From: Planctopirus limnophila DSM 3776
Lineage (GTDB): Bacteria; Planctomycetota; Planctomycetia; Planctomycetales; Planctomycetaceae
Assembly (NCBI RefSeq): GCF_000092105.1
Contig: NC_014148.1
Location: 1 to 32,000 of the forward strand
Length of the DNA: 32,000 nucleotides
Direction: 5' to 3'
In this document: piece by piece, positions 17,043 through 25,334 of the stretch
Layout: the number at the start of each line of letters is the position of its first letter
Numbering within the stretch: the stretch's first letter is position 1
Position numbers and translations under genes: made by a program
The notes under the pieces: generated by a model
Seen by the model: the letters and a program-made list of their open reading frames with translations, nothing else
Told to the model about the DNA's origin: nothing
Databases searched by the model: none

Positions 17043-17984
17043 ATGGCGAACAGCGATCAAGCCCCCGAAGAGATTTCGAGAACGGCACTTCTGGAAGAAC
17101 TCCGCTGGAAGAAGTTTCCGGTCCTCGATGACGGGTTTGTGTGCCTTGTCGATGTGATGGGCGACGATTCCTCGATTGTGCAGGCCGCCCGCGTGAGCTA
17201 TGGCGAAGGAACCAAGCGGGTTTCAGACGACCGGACTCTAATTCGTTACCTCATGCGACACCGCCACTCGACACCGTTCGAAATGGCTGAAGTGAAACTG
17301 CTGGTGCGAGTCCCGATGGATTGCTGGAGACAGTGGATCCGTCATCGGACAGCCAATGTCAACGAATACAGCACAAGATATTCGGTCGCGATTGATTCGG
17401 CCCAGAGCACACCCATTGGTGAATGGCGGAGCCAGTCGACCTCCAACCGGCAGGGGAGCGCGGGCTTTCTGCCGAACGAAATCGGGGCGGAACTCACCGC
17501 CGCCGAAGAACGTTTCCAGACTGCGGCTCGTGAGCTCTACGAATCCCGGCTCGCCCAGGGTGTCGCCCGCGAGCAGGCCCGCAAAGATCTGCCGCTCTGC
17601 ACTTACACCGAGGCCTACTGGAAAGTCGATCTGCACAATCTGCTGGGCTTTCTTTCATTACGCATGGATTCTCATGCACAGTATGAAATCCGGACTTTTG
17701 CCAAAACGATTGGCGAGCAGATTATTCGGCCGCTCTTTCCTGTGGCATGGGAAGCATTTCTCGACTATCGCTTTGAGGGGATGTTCCTCAGTCGTTTGGA
17801 AGTGGGGATGATTCAGCGGTTAGCCGAACGGGCCAGTGCCATGAAGTTAGTCCCTCCCTATTCACAAGCAGATTTTTTGGCCGTGCAGGATCCTACATGG
17901 GCCGGATTAACACGCAGCCGAGAGCGTGATGAATGCCTCGAAAAACTGGTCGAGATGGGGATTGTCCAACCGGCGGTTGAGTAG
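17043..17984 (+). CDS. thyX: Flavin-dependent thymidylate synthase ThyX
   Basis: ThyX signature RHRxxSxxxxSxRY is present as IRHRTANVNEYSTRYS. Also LMRHRHSTPFEMAEVKLLVRVP and DLHNLLGFLSLRMDSHAQYEIR. Confidence 0.93.
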   Translation: MANSDQAPEEISRTALLEELRWKKFPVLDDGFVCLVDVMGDDSSIVQAARVSYGEGTKRVSDDRTLIRYLMRHRHSTPFEMAEVKLLVRVPMDCWRQWIRHRTANVNEYSTRYSVAIDSAQSTPIGEWRSQSTSNRQGSAGFLPNEIGAELTAAEERFQTAARELYESRLAQGVAREQARKDLPLCTYTEAYWKVDLHNLLGFLSLRMDSHAQYEIRTFAKTIGEQIIRPLFPVAWEAFLDYRFEGMFLSRLEVGMIQRLAERASAMKLVPPYSQADFLAVQDPTWAGLTRSRERDECLEKLVEMGIVQPAVE

Positions 17985-17990
17985 AGAGAT

Positions 17991-18165
17991 GTAGGGCAGG
18001 CTCCTGCATGCCGGTCAAGTTGATCAAGAAAAGCAGGGTGCATGCCAATCCACCAATTCTCACTTCCCTCACGTTCACAACTGTTGAAATACCGATCATC
18101 GGCAGGCGGGAGCCTGCCCTACTTGCTAGCAATACATGGTGCATTCCGAGGACTGCATGCACCCT
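17991..18165. repeat. Two interleaved pairs of GC-rich inverted repeats in the thyX-HD intergenic region
   Basis: Pair 1: GTAGGGCAGGCTCC at 17991-18004 and its exact complement GGAGCCTGCCCTAC at 18109-18122. Extended 25-nt units (17991-18015 and the reverse complement of 18098-18122) match 22/25. Pair 2: AGGGTGCATGC at 18035-18045 and GCATGCACCCT at 18155-18165. Confidence 0.85.
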
Positions 18166-18211
18166 ACAAATGGACGTATGCCGCCTCGGGAATTTCAGGT
18201 GATCGTTGACC

Positions 18212-19546
18212 ATGCGGCATCCTTATCTCGACATTCCCGAACTGGCAGGGCTTCATGGAAGTGGGCCGCTGGTTCGTATCCCGATGCAGCAGGATGTCCC
18301 TTTTACGGATCGAGTCCGTGCGCTCGTTGATACCACCGAGTTTCAGCGACTGGGACATATCTCACAACTGGGGCTTTCATCGCTGGTTTATCCGGGAGCC
18401 ACACACACTCGCTTTGAGCATTCTCTGGGAGTCTTCCAGAACGCACTGGAGTACCTGTGGCAACTCGGTCGAGATGAACGTTTTCAGGCGATTGTCACGC
18501 CCCGGCATGCCGAGATGTTGCTGGCAGCCGCCTTGCTGCACGATCTGGGGCATTGGCCATTCTGCCACCCGATTGAAGATCTCGACCTGCCGGATATTCC
18601 CCATCATGAGCATTTTGCGGCTCAGTTTCTCTCACGCGATCGAGAGATCGGGCAGGTCCTGCTCAATCAGTGGAAGATCGAACCCGAAGAGGTGCTCGAT
18701 CTGTTGGTCAAAAGGACCGATGAGCCGGCACTCAATTTACTCCGATCGATTCTTTCGGGCCCGGTCGATATCGACAAGATGGATTACCTGGAGCGGGACA
18801 GTCTGCATGCCGGTGTCCCTTATGGGCGAAACTTTGATCGGCAACGATTGATCCGCTCTTTAGTTGTTAACCAGGCAGGCGATGGGTTGGCAATCAGTGC
18901 CAAAGGCCGGACGGCTGCCGAACTGATGGTCTTTGCGCGGTATGTGATGTTCAGTGAGGTTTACTGGCACCATGCCGTCAGGTCGGCGACGTGCATGTTC
19001 AGCCGCTCGTTTTATGAACTGAGACATCAGCTCGATCTGGCTGCATTTTTTGAGAAGAGCGAATGGGAAGTGACTCAGGAATTACGGTCGAAAGCCAAAG
19101 GCACCATTGTGGCACCTCTGATGGAAGGTGTCTTTGGTCCAAGGCGGCAATTGCACAAGCGTGTGCTGGAATTCAGCGAGCATCAATCCCCTGAGCTGTA
19201 TCGGATGCTGGCCGGCAGGCCCTACGAAGAACTGGTGCAGGTGATGGAGAGGCTGACAGACAGGCTTTCTGCAAAAACTGGTCAGGCATTCGGCCCGACA
19301 GATCTGCTGCTGGATGCCCCGCCTGTGCATAAAGAAGTCGAATTTCGAGTGACGATCTGGTCGCCCAAAACGGGCACTTACCAGCCTTTGCAGGAAGTTT
19401 CGCCCGTGGTCGATGCTCTGGCGCGAACGCAGTTTGATGATTTCGTCAAACGTGTGCGACTGTTTGTGAAAGCCGATTGGAAACCGATATTGAAGGATCT
19501 GGCAGGTCTGGAAGACGAGCTTGCTGCCGCCTCGCGAGCGAGCTAA
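18212..19546 (+). CDS. HD-domain phosphohydrolase of the SAMHD1/COG1078-like (putative dNTP triphosphohydrolase) type
   Basis: THTRFEHSLGV, ALLHDLGHWPFCHPIE and VDIDKMDYLERDSLHAGVPYG parallel the SAMHD1 HD-domain motifs (RFEHSLGV, LLHDLGHGPFSH, D.DK.DY..RD). ATG 18212 lies two codons inside the TTG 18206 ORF. Confidence 0.86.
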   Translation: MRHPYLDIPELAGLHGSGPLVRIPMQQDVPFTDRVRALVDTTEFQRLGHISQLGLSSLVYPGATHTRFEHSLGVFQNALEYLWQLGRDERFQAIVTPRHAEMLLAAALLHDLGHWPFCHPIEDLDLPDIPHHEHFAAQFLSRDREIGQVLLNQWKIEPEEVLDLLVKRTDEPALNLLRSILSGPVDIDKMDYLERDSLHAGVPYGRNFDRQRLIRSLVVNQAGDGLAISAKGRTAAELMVFARYVMFSEVYWHHAVRSATCMFSRSFYELRHQLDLAAFFEKSEWEVTQELRSKAKGTIVAPLMEGVFGPRRQLHKRVLEFSEHQSPELYRMLAGRPYEELVQVMERLTDRLSAKTGQAFGPTDLLLDAPPVHKEVEFRVTIWSPKTGTYQPLQEVSPVVDALARTQFDDFVKRVRLFVKADWKPILKDLAGLEDELAAASRAS

Positions 19547-19591
19547 GTCAGCTTCAATTTACCCCGCATGAAAGGCTTTCGCGGGAGAGGT

Positions 19592-21172
19592 TTATCTTTG
19601 CTTCTTGAGGCGAATGCGAAAGATGGTCCACATGGTGCCATCGGGTTCCTGTTGCCGATTCCAGGTGATCTCACCGCCATGACCCGTCGCGATTTCCTGA
19701 GCCACAGACAGGCCCAGTCCGCAGCCTTCAGGACGTGTGGTGACAAATGGTTGAAAGAGTGTTTCCTGAACATTCGCCTGTGGCCCGGGTCCATTATCAC
19801 AGACAGAAAGTTCCACTTCGTGATCAGTGGTCAGACATTTGAGAACCACCGTGGGTTTGAACTTTAATGAAGCAGGAAGCTGGTCACTCGCTTCTGAAGT
19901 CAATTCCAGCGAACTGGCGGCTTCCAGAGCATTGATCACCACATTCGACAGCATTTGCTCGAGCGAGACGAGATCACCTCGGACTTCAACTTCCCAGAAT
20001 GTTGAAGTGTCTTTATGCAGCTCCACGTGCCGGTGTCTCGCCAGAGGTTCAATGAGTTGCAGGACTCCGTCTGCCAGTCCACTGAGTCGGATCATGGTCT
20101 GACTGGGCGAAACATGGCCCGAGTTTTTGTCTGTGGAGTGAACTCGATCGGGCCGACTGAGTCTCAAAAAGCGATCCAGATACAACTCCATCCGCTGCAG
20201 CTGAGCCAGAGCAATCTGGACGGATTCATGATCACTGGATGACGAATCGCCACGCTCACTGAATTCAAGAGCCATACGAGCCCCGAGAGCGGCATTTCGC
20301 AACTGATGAGCAAAGCCTGCCCCCAGTTGCCCTAATGTTCTGAGCTGTTCGCCATGACGAATCGATTGATGCAGTTGTACTAACTCCTGGGACATCGAGT
20401 TCACATTGACGATGAGATCGCGGATTTCATCATTGCGGCGGGGAACTGGGAGTAATGATAAATTTCCCCGCGCGATCTGGGTTGTTTGGGAGGCCACGTC
20501 CAACAGCGGGCCAGTGAGTCGCCTCGAGATCCAGATGACAATCACCACACAGACAAAGGCGGCCAAAGTCCCAGCAAGCACAGGAGGGAGTGCAGTTCGC
20601 CACCACAGACTTTGCCAGCTCTCGACCGGCAAAAGAATAATCAGCCGAGAGGCAGGGCCTTGAGGGAGGCCGACAGACCGCTCGATCGTACGGGTGAGCC
20701 AGTCTTCGCCTCCGGCATGGATGTTTTGGGGTCGCGAAGGAGTCCCAATTGAGGGAAAGGAAGCCATCATCAATTGACTGGTTTCGAGGGAAAGTTGTGA
20801 GCTTTGATAGGTGATCGAGTTTTGTGAGGACGAGGGAGCAGCTAAAGCGACAAATCGGGCTCCAGTCAGTTCCTCCAATTGTTTGAAGACGCTGGCATTG
20901 AGTGGAAATGACGCTCTTTGCAGACTGGCACTGAGTTCGTTGATACGGGTCGATTCGTTGGCTCTGGCAGTCGCAATCGCCAGCCAGGCATTCGTCAGTG
21001 AGGCGAGAAAAAATCCCGTGATAAGAACTGCCAGAAGTGGTTTAAGAAGTTGCCACTGCACCGATTCTCTGGGCTGAGTGTCAGGAGTGGGTGAAAGCGA
21101 GTCTCCTCGGAATTCAGCACGATCTTTCGTGGCTGTATCTGAGGGGCTGGAATTGATCGGCAAGCTGGCCAA
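19592..21172 (-). CDS. Sensor histidine kinase (two TM segments, HAMP, HisKA, HATPase) with no adjacent response regulator
   Basis: TM1 LKPLLAVLITGFFLASL; TM2 LPPVLAGTLAAFVCVVIVIWI. H-box GAGFAHQLRNAALGARMAL; N-box VVINALEA; G-boxes DNGPG and GCGLGLSVAQEIATGHGGEITW. TTG start at 21172; the true start is uncertain. Confidence 0.85.
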   Translation of the reverse strand: MASLPINSSPSDTATKDRAEFRGDSLSPTPDTQPRESVQWQLLKPLLAVLITGFFLASLTNAWLAIATARANESTRINELSASLQRASFPLNASVFKQLEELTGARFVALAAPSSSQNSITYQSSQLSLETSQLMMASFPSIGTPSRPQNIHAGGEDWLTRTIERSVGLPQGPASRLIILLPVESWQSLWWRTALPPVLAGTLAAFVCVVIVIWISRRLTGPLLDVASQTTQIARGNLSLLPVPRRNDEIRDLIVNVNSMSQELVQLHQSIRHGEQLRTLGQLGAGFAHQLRNAALGARMALEFSERGDSSSSDHESVQIALAQLQRMELYLDRFLRLSRPDRVHSTDKNSGHVSPSQTMIRLSGLADGVLQLIEPLARHRHVELHKDTSTFWEVEVRGDLVSLEQMLSNVVINALEAASSLELTSEASDQLPASLKFKPTVVLKCLTTDHEVELSVCDNGPGPQANVQETLFQPFVTTRPEGCGLGLSVAQEIATGHGGEITWNRQQEPDGTMWTIFRIRLKKQR

Positions 21173-21583
21173 AATCGTGCTGCCTGGCTTAAGTGTAGTC
21201 GTGGGAAATATGCTCTAGGTGCATTGTTTCACGCCTCCGCCAGACATGCCAAGTTTGCAGAGTGAGGATCCAGAAAAATTGAGAAATTGATCAGATGCCA
21301 AACGTGAATCATCGAGATCGAGAACTACGCAACTTTGCTATGTCCAAGAAAGTGGAACAATCCTTGCTGCGGTCTATTTGTTGTGAATGGTTCCATTTGG
21401 AATATGAACAAATACATCATTCTGCATTGAAATACTGCCACACCAATCGAGGCCTCTATGCCGTCAGGAATTGAGTATCTGAGTTGGGAATTGTTGAAAT
21501 CTCCAGCAATTGAATTTTTCCGTCGGCATCAAGGTGGGCGATTGAACAGTCACCTGAATCCAGTGGCTCTCCGGGATGCGGGA

Positions 21584-23131
21584 ATGGGTCGATTCACGAG
21601 ATGGCTCGGGCTCTCATTAAGCGTGCTGCTCCTGGCGACAGTTTTGCCTAAAACCACAGCACTGGCCTGCACGACGGCAGTGATTAGCGGGAAAGCGACA
21701 CGCGATGGGCGACCACTTCTGTGGAAGAACCGCGATGCCCCGAATTTCCGTAATGAGCTCGTTTTCATCGAAGATGGCCGGTACAAGGTGCTGGCTGTGG
21801 TGAATGCCGGTGCCCGTCAATCGATCTGGATGGGGGTCAACAGTGCCGGGCTGTGCATCGAGAATTCGGTCACGAATGATCTGGCATTTCCCAAGACTGC
21901 CAAGGGGTTGGGAAATGGCAGCTTCATGCTCAAAGTCTTGCGTGACTGTGCCACGGTCGCAGATGTCGAGAAGCTTCTGGAAGAGACGAATCAGTCGGGT
22001 CGTTCGACAGCGGCAAACTTTGGTGTGATCGATGCCCAGGGCGGCGCTGTGCTGTTTGAAACAGCAAGGGCCAGCTATCGCAAATTCGATGCGAATGATC
22101 CACTGGTCGCCCCCCACGGGTTTGTTGTGCGGTCTAACTTTTCCATCACGGGCAAAAATGCAGCGCTCAAAAGCGAAGGAGCCACCGGCCCAACACTAAG
22201 CGACCATCCCTCACGGGCGGACCTTTCGGATGTTTATTCAGCTGAGCGATACTTTCGTGCACGCGAACTCCTGGAGGAACCTTTCAAGGGTCATGACGAT
22301 CAGAAGAGTGGTCCTCTCGATGTGCGTTATCTGTTGCGGCACGTCGCCCGCGATCTCGCTGATGCTGCAGGAACACCGTGTGCGGGCAGTGTGAATTCGC
22401 CCGAGGAAGAACTTCCTCCATTCATTGAAACAAAAAATACGATCAGCAGGACGACGACTGTTTCGTTTGTCGTATTTCATGGTGTGAAGCCTGGAGAAAA
22501 CCCGCTGCTGACGACCATGTGGGCAGGATTGGGCGATCCCAAGTTCACCATTGCTGTCCCCTGCTGGGTGGGCATGCGACAAGTGAGTGTCGATCTGCGA
22601 GGTGAAAAAGAAGGCGGGCCAGTGGGCGTCGCAGCCCGTCAACTGCGCCAGGTCTACTATCGCCAGCAGACAACGGCCAACGACACTCCGGTCGCGGCAT
22701 CGACTTCGACTTCATCGACAGCGGTAACATCGGCAGTCAGTGGATCGCAGACGGCGAGTGATGCCAAACCTGCCGAACGCGGCGAAGAATCTGAACGCGA
22801 GGAAGGGGCATCGAGCAGCAGTGGTGCCGTCAGTTCCGGGATCAGTGGGATTGAAACGACCGGGCTTAAGCCGATCTGGGAGTCGGTCTGGAATCAGGAA
22901 GATGAAGTGATTGAACGTGTCGAGCGACTGCTCGCGCAGTGGCGTGCCAAAGGGGTCAGCCCGATCTCTCAGCAGATGATCCATGTGCAGTCAGCCGAGC
23001 AGGGTTTGACCGCTCTGCAGGAGGCGGTGCGGCAAGCCGAAAAACTTTTCCCGGCTCCCGGGAGTGTCCCTGTCGTGCCAGCCACGCCTTTGAATCCGCC
23101 AGTTCCTGCCACCAGCGCCACGAGCGAGTGA
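21584..23131 (+). CDS. Secreted N-terminal-nucleophile (Cys) hydrolase, peptidase C69/C45-like, with a Ser/Thr/Glu-rich linker and a C-terminal helical region
   Basis: Signal peptide MGRFTRWLGLSLSVLLLATVLPKTTALA is followed directly by CTTAVISGKATRDGRPLLWKNRDAPN, which matches the C69 dipeptidase N-terminus CTT.lvgk.at.DGs....NrD. The ORF is open from 21458. Confidence 0.75.
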   Translation: MGRFTRWLGLSLSVLLLATVLPKTTALACTTAVISGKATRDGRPLLWKNRDAPNFRNELVFIEDGRYKVLAVVNAGARQSIWMGVNSAGLCIENSVTNDLAFPKTAKGLGNGSFMLKVLRDCATVADVEKLLEETNQSGRSTAANFGVIDAQGGAVLFETARASYRKFDANDPLVAPHGFVVRSNFSITGKNAALKSEGATGPTLSDHPSRADLSDVYSAERYFRARELLEEPFKGHDDQKSGPLDVRYLLRHVARDLADAAGTPCAGSVNSPEEELPPFIETKNTISRTTTVSFVVFHGVKPGENPLLTTMWAGLGDPKFTIAVPCWVGMRQVSVDLRGEKEGGPVGVAARQLRQVYYRQQTTANDTPVAASTSTSSTAVTSAVSGSQTASDAKPAERGEESEREEGASSSSGAVSSGISGIETTGLKPIWESVWNQEDEVIERVERLLAQWRAKGVSPISQQMIHVQSAEQGLTALQEAVRQAEKLFPAPGSVPVVPATPLNPPVPATSATSE

Positions 23132-23244
23132 AAACTTTCGGTGAGATGGAAAGTATTGCTTCTAACAAGCCTTGAAACATTTAGTGTTTTGGGGCCAGTG
23201 AACTTGTTCGGTTTCCGAGATTCAACTTCGCTCCATAGTATGGG

Positions 23245-23324
23245 GTGGCTGGGGTTGAGCGTCTTCGCGAACCCCCAGTTCGTGCCGAAAATCGCTGGGG
23301 GTTCGAAGGCTCAACCCCAGCCAC
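23245..23324. repeat. Long imperfect palindrome (REP-like hairpin) in a 500-bp intergenic region
   Basis: Left arm GTGGCTGGGGTTGAGCGTCTTCGCGAACCCCCAG (23245-23278). The reverse complement of the right arm (23295-23324) is GTGGCTGGGGTTGAGCCTTCGAACCCCCAG. The loop is 16 nt. Confidence 0.8.
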
Positions 23325-23638
23325 TCGCAGTGCAGTTGTTGATTGGAATCCGTACTAATGGGAACTCTGCTCTGTGGTGTTCGAGGTGGCGACATTTCTG
23401 CTCAACCAGCCTCACTTTGCCACTAAATTTATCAATCCTCTTGCTCTAGTCCACGAGGTGTGGCAGTCTGTCTGTCCAGTCTCGCTCGATTATCAATCGA
23501 GTCGAGATTCCCGCGGACCGAGAAGTCTGGAGCCACCTTCTATCGGTTTTGTTCCATGGGCCTGATTGGGTTTTCTTGTGGCACCTGGGTCTCAGACAAG
23601 ATAGGCAGTTTGTGAGAAATATACCCTGGTTTCGCAGC

Positions 23639-24388
23639 ATGATTATTCAAAGTGTGATTGGTCGCTGTGCCATGATGGCGGCTGGCTGGATAATGTTTTC
23701 GGATCTGCCAGCGGTCGTGGCTGAAGAGACCGCTGCCGCCACTGGTGTCGTGGCGAAGATCGATGGCGTTGGGCCCGGCTGGAGGGCTTTGGGCAAAGAC
23801 GACTTTACCAACGTGAATTGCTACGAGGATACCTGGACCTGGGATGGTTCATTGGTCAAATGCACGGGCAAGCCGGTGGGTGTCATTCGCTCGATCAAGC
23901 CTTACACGAATTTTGAGCTGGTGGCTGAGTGGCAGCACCTGCGTGCCGGTGGGAACTCGGGAATTTTTGTCTGGGCCAGCGAACAGGCATTGAACAGCAT
24001 CAAGCCTGGACAGCTTCCCCCGGGCGGTATTGAAGTGCAGGTCCTCGATCATGGCTATACCGAACAATACGAGAAATCGACTGGCAAAAAGGCCGATTGG
24101 TTTACTTCGCATGGGGATGTCTTCCCTGTAGGTTCATCGAAGATGAAGCCTTTTCCACCCACAGCCCCCAATGGCCAGCGTTCGTTCCCGAGGAAAAACC
24201 TCAGCAAAGGGATCAACGAGTGGAACCACTACTATGTGCGGGCCATTAATGGCGAGATCCGCCTGTGGGTGAATGGCGAGGAAGTTTCGGGCGGTGAAAA
24301 GTGCGAACCCGCGACAGGATTTCTCTGCCTCGAATCGGAAGGGGCTCCCGTAGAATTCCGCAACATCCGGATCCGCGAATTGCCCTAA
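23639..24388 (+). CDS. Secreted DUF1080 (3-keto-disaccharide hydrolase-like, concanavalin/LamG-fold) protein
   Basis: Signal-like MIIQSVIGRCAMMAAGWIMFSDLPAVVA. Family-typical GWRALGKDDF...WTWDGSLVKC, NFELVAEWQHLRAGGNSGIFVW, NHYYVRAINGEIRLWVNGEEV, and GFLCLESEGAPVEFRNIRIREL. Confidence 0.85.
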   Translation: MIIQSVIGRCAMMAAGWIMFSDLPAVVAEETAAATGVVAKIDGVGPGWRALGKDDFTNVNCYEDTWTWDGSLVKCTGKPVGVIRSIKPYTNFELVAEWQHLRAGGNSGIFVWASEQALNSIKPGQLPPGGIEVQVLDHGYTEQYEKSTGKKADWFTSHGDVFPVGSSKMKPFPPTAPNGQRSFPRKNLSKGINEWNHYYVRAINGEIRLWVNGEEVSGGEKCEPATGFLCLESEGAPVEFRNIRIRELP

Positions 24389-24500
24389 AGACCAGCCTGA
24401 CGACCAAAACTAGAGTCAGGCCAGACGGTCAACTTTTCCCAGAAGACACATTGCACAACATTCGCTGCAAGTGATGTCTACGCCTGTCAATTGAACTCAT

Positions 24501-24531
24501 GCAGACTGCTCGAATTCGCCGAGCAGTCTGC
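24501..24531 (+). promoter_or_regulatory. Perfect 12-bp-stem palindrome ending 2 nt before the start codon of the next gene
   Basis: GCAGACTGCTCG (24501-24512), 7-nt loop AATTCGC, CGAGCAGTCTGC (24520-24531), then CA-ATG (ATG at 24534). No Shine-Dalgarno sequence is visible outside the stem. Confidence 0.6.
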
Positions 24532-24533
24532 CA

Positions 24534-25226
24534 ATGAGCACCATTGAGGCCACCATATCTGCAGAAAATCTGCCTCAACCTGTGGAGCCTGGATCGGCTG
24601 CAAAGGTTGAGGCAGATCATTTGCATCGTGGAACCACTCTCGATGAATCTAATAGCGGGGCGACCCTGGAAGCTCCGCGAGCGTTATCCATTCTGATGTC
24701 GTTTGCCTTCTGGATTCTGCTGGCACTGGTGAGCCTCTCGTTTGCCACACTGGTGCTCTCTCCCAAGCTGCATCGACGGGAAGTGCTTACAAAACAGTAT
24801 CAGCAGAGCCTTTGGGAATTGGTCATTCTCCAGGAACAGACGCGATCTCTCCGGGAAATTGCCAAGGCGCTGGAGCACGATGAGCGCTTTCAAGCGGAGC
24901 TGGCCCGTTCTCAACTGGGTGGAATTGGCAATAACGAAGAGCGTTATCCACTTCCTGAAAATCTGCTATTGGCATATCCCTTGGAACCACCTGCTCCCCA
25001 ACTGCCAGTCCCACCCGCGCAGACATGGAGAGAGTTCTGGATCGAACGATTTGCCACAGATCAGACCTTACGGAGCGGTTTGATCGTGTTTTGTGTAATC
25101 GGTTGCTTGTTTGGATTCGGCTGGCTGCATGAGGGAGCCTGGCATCATTCACGTCTGCGGCCTGTGAGAACATTGAGCCAGTGGATTGCTGTGCGCTATG
25201 CACGCAGGGATCGATCTGCCACGTGA
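24534..25226 (+). CDS. Membrane protein with a TM segment plus an FtsB/DivIC-like coiled coil (septum-formation-initiator-like) and a second C-terminal TM segment
   Basis: TM LSILMSFAFWILLALVSLSFATLVL, followed by a heptad-like LTKQYQQSLWELVILQEQTRSLREIAKALEHDERFQAELARSQLG. The end resembles the FtsB/DivIC motif L..Dp.yiE..AR..LG. Second TM is LIVFCVIGCLFGFGWL. The functional call is tentative. Confidence 0.6.
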   Translation: MSTIEATISAENLPQPVEPGSAAKVEADHLHRGTTLDESNSGATLEAPRALSILMSFAFWILLALVSLSFATLVLSPKLHRREVLTKQYQQSLWELVILQEQTRSLREIAKALEHDERFQAELARSQLGGIGNNEERYPLPENLLLAYPLEPPAPQLPVPPAQTWREFWIERFATDQTLRSGLIVFCVIGCLFGFGWLHEGAWHHSRLRPVRTLSQWIAVRYARRDRSAT

Positions 25227-25256
25227 TTCATGTTTGCACAGAATGCGTCATCAAAC

Positions 25257-25294
25257 GAAAAATCCCCTGCCAGACAATTGTCTGGCAGGGGATT
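25257..25294 (-). terminator. Strong rho-independent terminator after the Flp-like pilin gene
   Basis: Perfect 15-bp stem AATCCCCTGCCAGAC (25261-25275) / GTCTGGCAGGGGATT (25280-25294) with loop AATT. On the minus-strand transcript it is followed by TTTTTCGTTTGA. Confidence 0.85.
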
Positions 25295-25334
25295 CCGATG
25301 TTCCAGTAAGCCGCCTCAGGAAGAGGCGATTCAA

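Noticed and set aside
23295-23312. GGGGGTTCGAAGGC resembles a tRNA T-arm (GGTTCGAA).
   Set aside because: The flanks do not form a T-stem (GGGGG vs GCTCA), and there is no acceptor, D or anticodon arm. The sequence is simply the right arm of the 80-bp palindrome. I found no tRNA anywhere in the window.
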